A stretch of 64,000 nucleotides of DNA from Ascidiella aspersa (taxonomy: Eukaryota), in contig OZ004610.1 in assembly GCA_963924565.1 (NCBI GenBank), positions 7,812,001 through 7,876,000 on the forward strand. Reading direction: 5' to 3'. The notes under the pieces are model-generated. The model did no database searches. It had not been told where the DNA came from and was given only the letters and a program-made list of their open reading frames with translations. Shown here piece after piece: positions 55,015 through 64,000 of this stretch (its first letter is position 1; each line of letters begins with the position of its first letter). The translations under genes and the position numbers were made by a program.

Positions 55015-58000
55015 ATGAGCCAAACAGAGCTGGATAATGGTGATAGGACCTTTCACTACACATATTGTGCTGGCAAAAACAAGCCCACCATTGACATAAA
55101 ACTACCAGTTAATGTTAGCAAGCTTAAGAATGTTCCGGAACTGGTGGCCAGGGTGATGAACTTCCACAACATTCCCTGCTTCTTGGAAAAAGGTACGTCC
55201 TATTTTTAAGCACTGGTGCAGGGTTTTTTAAAGGTTTGGTTTGGGTGACCGCTAAAGAGTTTTAAGAGACCGCAAGTGTTTCATTTAAATATCAAAAAGT
55301 TGTAAGTCCAAAATCTGGGAAACCGCTGGAGAAATTTGGGGGACCGTTTCAGTCCCCCAAAACACCTTACAACAAACACTGCACTGGTGTATTTTAGGCG
55401 GTTTCTCTTAACCTGCTGGTAAAAACGGATTTTTACTCAACGGTAAATTTTGACAATGGTAGCATGTTATATTTGACTTAAAGTAATGGTATTTTGGACT
55501 GAAATGAGTGTCCTGCATTACTTTACTAGTATTTGAATTCAAGTTGTTCAGGCATCCTAGTGTTGTTCATATGTTAATTGATTGCAAGTCATAGATTTAT
55601 ATTCAAAAAAATATTTTTATAAAAAAAAACATTATTGAAATGCTCTTACTTGTTTTTTCTTGTACTGACACTAAAAACGATCAAGAACCACCAATTTAGA
55701 TGATAAACACAGAAACGTTTTTTTATTATTTTGCCGAAATTGTTTATCATTTAGTAGTATGTTCGCTGATGTAGACTTGAAGTGAGCTTACAAACTAATA
55801 ATAGTTTTATAAATTTATTTTGTTATGGTTGTTAGTAAAAGATATTTAGGTTTGAATTTCTTGACAATTTTTATAAAACACAAAATTATTGTTTTAATTT
55901 AAATTTTATTGTTTTAGAGTTTTGTGATTCACTATCAGACTTCACTTTGCAAGAAAAAACAAACTTACAGCACAATCAAGCGCAAACAGCCCTAGATGCC
56001 ATAAGAAAAGATCCGTTTCTTATTGATACAATTGCTGGCGCGGTTGCAAAAAAGTATGAACAGGTGCGTTTGTTGTGTCACACTGGTGCTATTAGCCGGT
56101 GCAAAAATTGTTGACTTTTTATACAGCAAAACCTTAAAGTTTAGTACACTCACTGAACATTTTTGGCCGTTTACTTAATTTCTTTTACATGCTTTATTTT
56201 ATTTGTATTTATCTAAATGAATTGCAAATGTTATTACCATTTTTTTTTTTTTACTAAAAACAAATTTTGCAAAAACTGTTCTGTCTGTATAAAGGTATTT
56301 ATGAAATGATTAAGTCCAAGACAAACCAATGAGAAATATTTTAAATTATGCCACCCACTTTTCAAATAAAGATTTTAAATTAAGCCATTAAGTCCTTTGA
56401 TAATTTTTTATACAGTTAACCATATTTTTTGGATAGACAATCAAACTTGTTAATGTCTAAGCTAAGTGGTTAAGTTATTAATAAAATGTGAACATGATTC
56501 AGACTTGGGCAAAGCATCACAAACCCAATTCGAGCAAACTGAACGAGTTTTCCCTCTCCTACCACTACCTCATTCATTCACCTGCGGTCAGTGTTCTCCT
56601 CAAGCTGGAAAAGAAATATCTCGGCATCATGGCAAAAGTATAGCAAAGTATTGGATGTTGAAGTTACAAAAAAAAAAAAAAAAAAAAAACTGTTACATGT
56701 TTTTCTTTGATGTTTTTTTGGCATTTAACAAAACTTTTGACCAAGATTTCAAATCACCTAGATTTATTGTAAACATATGTGTATAAATACTTGCTATTGA
56801 TCATTTTTTCCACAGAAGGTTGTATGTTATATAATGAGTTTTTTAGTTTCTAAGCACATTGATATAAATATTATGTGACCTCTATTAGTCATATAAAAAA
56901 AATACTAAAATCTATATATATATATATATTGTGAAACCTTCTGTTGTTAAATAAAAAAATTAAATTAAAGATTTTAAGATTAAACAAAAAAAATGAAGAA
57001 AAACATAATTCAGAATGAAACTATGTATTGACAGCTCTAGACGTTTTAAAACCAGCTGCTTCTCTTTTTGTAGTAGGTAAAACATTTTTCAGCCCCTTTG
57101 TTCTGCACTAAATTAAAGACCATTAAAGGTGTAAATAAAAAGATTGTTAAGTGACATGCTATGTTTAGTTTCTTTCGGACAAGGAATCGTCGATAGTAAA
57201 AATGCAACAACGCCAACAGATGGAAATGACCAGGGCCTGTGAACATGTTGGATTCGCGTACACAGCAAATGATGTCACTATACTGGCATCCAAACACTTA
57301 GCTGACATTGAGGTAATATTATTGCATTTCTAACTGGGGCAGTGGTTCTCAACCGGGGTGCCGCAGCACTTTATGGTGCCATTTTTAACACTCAAGGGTG
57401 CCAAGAGATATTTAAAATTCTTTTGGACTCCAATTTTTGCTCTATTGGTAAGCTTTTTGATGCATTATTTGTGTACGATAAAAGTGCCAAATATTAAAAT
57501 TATTTTTTTTCAACCCTGTTGCACTTTTCTGTAGGATGTGGAAGCCAAAAAAGGTTGCAAAACACTGAACTAGGGATCAACAGATATCACTTTTTGGACC
57601 GAAAACAACAACCGATTTTTATTTTGCATTTTTTCAGCGATTGCAAAGTCATTGGAAAAACGAAACGGAACAAATCACAACATCGCAAAAAAGAGAATTT
57701 AGTGAACTAGTGGTCGGACTTCATAAGGAAATGTTGGCCAACAACAACAAAATCAACACAAATGGACCAATATAGTGGGTGTTGTTTATTTTTTTGTTTA
57801 AACTAATTTAAAAGTTGATCGTTGGAAGCATTCTGAGACTTATAAATTGTTGTTGTAGGAATCCTCAAACCTTGTACTACAATCGATGTTTTAAATAAAT
57901 TTTAAACTAGTCAAAGTTCAACCGATTTTTATAGTAATGTACTAAACTTGTATCTATGTAATAAACTATTTTTTTAAACAATGATGCTAGCTTTTCCGGT

Positions 58001-61000
58001 TTATAATTTAAAATATGCATATATACATCAGTTTGTAGCAATCTTATGGCACTTTTTTATTGTACACCACTATGTAGCTCACTGTTTCTTAACCTATGGA
58101 TCACGGCCCAGAACTCAGTCGCTGACTGCAGTAGTTTATATGTTTAGATTAATTGAGATCAGTCCAGAGCTAATTGTCTTTAAAATTTGAGAAAACTATC
58201 GGAGAGACACAAAGACATGGCATAACATTTAATTGGAATTTTTTATGCTATTTATGTTGTGTTCACCTATTAAAAAACTTGTTGATAATTAGATCGCCTA
58301 AGCTGCACTGCTTTATTTACGCTTAGTATTTGGGCTATGATGAAAAGAGTTGAAAAATACTGCTATAGTTCAATCAGTAACTGATTTTTCAGCCGACTCA
58401 AAACCTTGTAATGTAGAAAAGTTTTTACAATCACTAAGATCAGCATTTCCCGGGCTTTTCACCAGGGCTGCAGAGTCTGTTAAAATTACCCATAGTCCAA
58501 CTCCGGACGGTCAAATGGACGATTTCGTTGAGTCCCGAGTCCGGCCCTTACTACAGCCTGTATTCCGCCAATTTATGTAGTTAAAAAACATGGATATTCA
58601 GCAATCCACTCAGGGGTGTAGTATAATTCATTCTCTCACAATACATGGATGGAAAATAGTTCACCATATGCTATTCTACCTTTACAACTCCAGTTGACGG
58701 TCCAGTCGGTTTTAAAATTTGGTACATAACAAACCGACTCCTCGAGTCCAGAATCCGACGCCCTACTTTTCACTTCGCAGTCTCTGCGTGCAACAAGTGC
58801 TCGACTCGAGCCACGTGAAGCAGTCCTACATCCCGGATGACTCTCTCTTCCTCTCTGCCATCACTTCCTCCTCCTCCACGGCTCCCATCAAGAAGAGCGG
58901 CTCCGGAGCGACGATCTCGAGCATGGGAGGAGCCAGCAGCGGGATTGTGATGGAGGAAAGCTTCACAGTGAATCTGGGAGCGCAGTTGAAGACGATGCAT
59001 AACATCCGGCTCCTCGTAACCGACATCCTTAACTTCTGCAGATACTCCGGAGACGAGTTAGTAAATGTCTGTCCGTTCAGTTTTTGTGCCAGCGCCCTTG
59101 TTAAACTTTTCGAGACAGACCCAAATGCCAAGGACAAATTATTATTATTAGTAAAGTTTTTTCGATTCTAATATTTCAGACCTTAGTTCACTATTTTAGT
59201 CCATTGTAAATTTTTGTAGTTACTTTTGCGAAAGAAATGCAAGAAGTCTATTTGAAAACAGTCAACCGTAATCGATATAATTAAAATAAAACTCTAATCC
59301 TACCACTTTTTTTAGGTACAGTAGCGAAACCAGTTATCAAACTTGAAATTTCAAAGTGGGATAATAAATATAATAATGCTTGAACCACCCAAACCCGCAC
59401 TTTTACCCAAATAATATTCGTTCATTTAAAAATTATTTGGATGCGTGGTAGGATGGTTGCACTTACCGAACTACTGTAGGCCTAACCAAACCTGTTTTCG
59501 GGCGGCGACTGATGGGTAAAAGGCGCTATTTTATAACTGAGATCTTTGAAGAGTTTTATTTCCAAGCTAAAACTGTTAAGAGCATCGTATTGCGTTTTTT
59601 TAAGAAAATTTATTGGGTTAGCTGACAAGTCAAAAATACATGGCCTTTTTTAAGATAATCAGCGTTTTAAGATAATCAGACAATAACAACCTGGATTAAG
59701 TAAAGAGTCCATGTGGCAAAAGTCGGTAAAGGCATGTCGTGGAACATAAATACAGAGGGTAAACGTGTTTTTGCGAAAGTCAAAGAAAATACATTGTAAA
59801 ATAACAATAGTATCCTTTCAAAAAGCTAAACAGTTTATCATAGAGATTTATGCCATTTCGCTTGAAATCGTTTTTCAATTTTTTTAATGTTTGCTAGAGA
59901 TTCTTTACACACTTAAGTGTTCATAAACTTTTCTGAAAAGCTATGAAATATCAGTTTATGTGTCACATGTGGATATCCACTATTTGAACTCTTTATTTCA
60001 CAACACACAGCGAAATGGACGCCCAGCGCTTTCAAACGGCGATGTCTCTCTATTCGAACTCACTTTCTGCAGTCGTTCTGCTCAGCGACAAAAGAATTGG
60101 AAGAAGCACCGGAATCGAACAAGGTACGGGTCCTGTCTTGATTCGAAATGTAACATCAAAACGGTTTAAAGGCAAGACCAGGCCGAGGTATGAGAACGGC
60201 TTTTCTATAACAGGGTATTTTGCCGCCGATCCTACGCCAAAGTAGCGTCGGTATTATAGCTACCGCGTAAAAAACAAGGTATCAGTTTAGCGATATAATT
60301 TATTATACCTATTGAAATGCTTATTGTCAATGTTTGTTGTGACGTTGGAAAAGTGGTATTCTGGTTACAAAATTAACAAAATAGACCCCCAACCTTTAAT
60401 AAGGGCGACTGAATAGCAAATAAACATTGTGTTTTGTTTAACGAATCCTTAAATCGCTTTAAACCAGGGCCCACGGGTCATCAAACTATGGCCCGCGTGC
60501 CAGATCCAGGCCACCGGCTCAGTTCTTTTATCCCGCGGCACATTTTCGTAATGCTTACTGTTATTGATACTTCATTAAAGAAAATGTTTGTTGTTTGCAA
60601 AGCTAAGCTAAATTTGGATGAAATCTAAAACTGAACGAATTCTTTCAAAAGTTTACTGTTTATTTTGACAAGTATTTTTATGTTTTCTTTATGTTATATA
60701 ATCAAGTAAGGTCAAATAAAAATCTTATATCCAGGCCGAGATGTTCAACATTTACAGTTGTCCGGCCCGCAATCGCGGTTTATTAGAGTTATCCGTCCCT
60801 TTATGAACAAACGTGTTCTACCCCTGTTTTATCGCCTCTTAAGAGTTTTCGTCGATATGCAACGCTTCGTCCGAATTCCACTTTCCCCCGCTTGAAGAAC
60901 AATTGGACGACATTCGAAAGCTGGTGACCGAAACGAAAAGAAATGATGCGGAGTCGGATAACGCGTAAGCACAGTTTGTTATAATTGCGATAAATTCCGC

Positions 61001-63910
61001 AATTTCCAGTGTTGTTGTGTCACTTGTTATGTGTGTTTTCTTTATGATAAAAATGATTTTTAAGCTATAGAAAAATCATAGTTAAAAATTTAAATCAATT
61101 TTAAAGCTAGGTCAAGTTATTAAATTATCGGTTTTCAAAATAATTATTAACCTATCTGTAATTAGTTTTTTAAAACACATAAATGCTGCATTGCAAATAT
61201 CTTAATGACAAATGTAAGACCACAGTTTTCATGGAAGATAGCAGAAATGTGTCTTCGAACAAAATAGTAGCCCTAGACTATAAATTTTTTTGAATTTATA
61301 TGTTTCTTGTTTATTATATACCTATCCAAGGTTGTTTTTATGGTTTGGATTTTATGCCTTCTGAAATATTTACTAGACCTTACAAAAGACATACTGCTAA
61401 TTCTCTGCTGAAGTTATAGAACTAGGCTATATTTTAAAAGACAGTAGGAGCAAATTTTTTTTTTCGCTCCGAAATCACGCAAAAAAGATATCTATTTTGC
61501 ACAACAATCGAACAGTATTTCCGTAACCATAATCTGCAAAGCACAATTAACCGCGTCATCTTAAGGATGTTCTTCCAACAATCCTTCTTCAATTTTCCTT
61601 TCCAGCGCCGAAGACTCTGAAAACGTCGAGCTGACCGAAGGCGAGTTTTACGTCACAAAGCATTCCAACCTCTCGCAAGTCCACGTGGTCTTCCACGTGG
61701 TGGCGGACGAGAGTTACCTGCAGAGTAAGGTTTCTATGATGAACGTCACCTCGAGGCACCCGGTCGTTCTGGCGTTGCGGCACATACTCAAGGTTCGTCC
61801 ATATAAAATTGTCAGAATTATGTTCCCATAAAAGATACACGCAAGTAACAACTGGGTATAGCCCAGTGCTCTTTAACCTTTTTTCGTTTAGTTACGTGGT
61901 TGTGACGAACTCGTGCACCCTGTTTACTTAAAAGGTAAACTGAGGTAAAAAGCGATATAAAAAATCATTATGCATATCAATATCATCATGTCAATTAAAC
62001 CGAGCGGATCTGCCGAAAGTTTTACACACTGTCGGTGAGAGTTGGATTATGGCTGCAGACTGCTTGCGAGGACTAATGTATGTCATAAAACAGAATTCAA
62101 ACAAATTTTCATATCCTGAATGTCAAATCTTAATGGTTCAATAAATGTTTGTGATGCACCCTTGTATACCTTTTCGTACTGGTGCACCCCACGCATATTT
62201 TGGTGCACCCTAGGGTGCTCCGTGCACACCGGTTGAAGAGTACTGATCTAACCCTCTGCTCCGCAACCCTTTTACACTTGCGGCACACCAACAGAGCTAA
62301 AACAATTCAGCGGCACACCGACAGTGTGTAAGTGATATCAATTCGGAGCCGAGATGCTTCGTTCTATTCCGGGACCGGTTATTTTGGGCAAAACTACCAC
62401 CGATCAGATATCAGATATCAGATATCAGATATCGTCATTATCTGGCTTATTTGAGTCTACATATTAATATGTTTAAATATTTTTTTTTATGAAATTGTCA
62501 AATTATCTACGTTTGTCATCGTTTGCATTTTATTGTCAATTTGCAAAATAAAACTAAAAAAATTTATTCTTCTGGATTCTGTTCATATATAAATGATTTC
62601 TACTTTACTTCTTTATTAGGTTGCGTCGAACCACGACATCCGGACCCTCACAGTCCCCCTTCTTCTCACGCGCGAGCTCACGGAAGAGATCACGTTTCAG
62701 TGGTGCGTGAAACGAGCCGAACTCGTCATGAAGTGCATGAAAGGTAAACCCGTCGCCAAGATACGGGCTCCGATATCGGCGGTATGGAGCCGATAGAGAT
62801 TTTTGGTAGAGATAATATCGGTTCAGACCCGATTCCCGATAGCAAGTGACAGTATCGGTACTCGCCCGACAGTAGGGTAATATCGATGCTGATTCGATTC
62901 CAAGCTGACATAGGCCAGGGTTTTTTGTAAATGTGGTGGTTTTCGCCTTGCGGAACACCGGTTGAAAATCACTGCTCAAAACCAGTGGAACTTTTTGACG
63001 GAAAAAACTATTTTTAAAGTTGGTAAAAAACATAGTTTCCAACTGCAAAATTAAGAAAACTTTTTATCTAACCGTCAAAAATTTATCGCGGACCGGTGGT
63101 TACGAACCACTTTTATAGAACAGGGTTTCTTAAACTGGGTTAAATTATAAATAAGACGGTTTTGCATCGAATGTTTTTGGAATTTACATTGTTTGGACCG
63201 GAAACAGTACATTTATAAAGTCCATTGATCGTGTGACGTCAATTTATGACATCATCTCTGAAAATTTGTTGTAGACACTGGTCTATGCTAAGCAAAAAAA
63301 ACTTTTTAGGGGTCCGCGGTAAAAAAAGTTTAAGCACCCCTGTTCTAGAGTCTAGACCAGCGTGGTCCAACTGCAGGCCCGCGGGCCAAAGAGTTCAGCT
63401 TTTTCGGCCCGCGAACTGATATCAGCTTTGGTTCAATCTGGCAATATCACTTTAATTTTAGTTTTTTAATTTTTTGGTGTTGAAATTATTTCATAACTAC
63501 CGTAACTGAACAAAGGTATACATTCCATAAAGTTAGTATATATATGCTATAGACTATGTATAATTTGCCAGCAATAAGCCTAAGAATCGCAGTTTAAAAA
63601 CATTGGCCCGCAAGATAAAAAAAAAACTTGTTTTTGGCCCGCGATGAAAAGAAGTTGGACCACCCTGGTCTAGACCATCCAGGGCCAAAAAATGTCAAAA
63701 GTAAACCGCCAAAAACTTATTGTGACAGGCTTCATGATGGAAATGGCGACTTGGGACGGCGGCTTATCGCGAAACATCAACTTTGTAGTTCCGCCCGGGG
63801 TGTCAGAGGAGGCCTTTGACCGGCTCCGTTCCGCGCTGCCCGAGGTCTTTCGGACCACCTCGGCCCGGAACCTGACCCCGGCCCACCGGAGGCCCAACGC
63901 TAAGCAGTAA
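55015..63910 (+). CDS. FERRY3: C12orf4 / FERRY complex subunit 3, 11 exons
   Basis: Exons 55015-55192, 55918-56063, 56503-56637, 57169-57312, 57638-57774, 58781-59056, 60011-60123, 60844-60964, 61606-61792, 62620-62743, 63729-63910 join in frame. C12orf4 motifs [56 protein letters not shown] and [19 protein letters not shown]. Confidence 0.92.
55219..55381. mobile_element. Short degenerate hAT MITE
   Basis: cag...ctg ends flanked by the perfect 8-bp TSD cactggtg. Confidence 0.7.
57340..57567. mobile_element. hAT MITE
   Basis: TIRs cagtggttctcaacc / ggttgcaaaacactg; TSD aactgggg / aactaggg. Confidence 0.8.
61864..62245. mobile_element. Degenerate hAT MITE
   Basis: TIRs cagtgctctttaacc / ggttgaagagtactg; TSD eroded. 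Confidence 0.6.
63121..63342. mobile_element. hAT MITE
   Basis: TIRs cagggtttcttaaact / agtttaagcacccctg; TSD approximately ttatagaa / ttctagag. Confidence 0.7.
63358..63667. mobile_element. hAT MITE
   Basis: TIRs cagcgtggtccaact / agttggaccaccctg; perfect TSD gtctagac. Confidence 0.9.
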
Positions 63911-64000
63911 CGTCACACTGGGCCTCGGCCTATGTGGACGAGCCGTTAAACTGTCTGTAGCGTTGACACTTTGTTTGCGTTGCAATGTGAATCTGTATGG

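Overview
AT-rich, intron-containing animal genomic DNA. It is probably a tunicate/ascidian, inferred only from compact genes and operon-like spacing. Six host genes were reconstructed by hand from splice sites and translation: (1) the 3' part of an N-WASP/WASP gene on +, whose CRIB-3'/GBD/proline-rich segment sits in a ~3.35-kb tandem triplication and whose last intron holds a young, frameshifted 7.7-kb Bel/Pao LTR retrotransposon (TSD TAACG); (2) an LRRC74-like LRR gene on -; (3) RCC2 on +, divergent from LRRC74-like; (4) an unrecognised ~374-aa gene on + with two death domains and a TIR_2-type TIR that keeps the catalytic Glu; (5) UVSSA with an intronless CDS; (6) C12orf4/FERRY3, starting only 252 bp after the UVSSA stop. 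Introns carry many hAT-type MITEs with 8-bp TSDs, a short palindromic repeat family and tRNA-derived SINE fragments. The most interesting candidates are the DD-DD-TIR putative NADase immune gene, the in-frame multiplication of the WASP autoinhibitory module with an excess of amino-acid changes, and the UVSSA-FERRY3 putative trans-spliced operon. All exon coordinates and difference counts are manual and need transcript or alignment confirmation.
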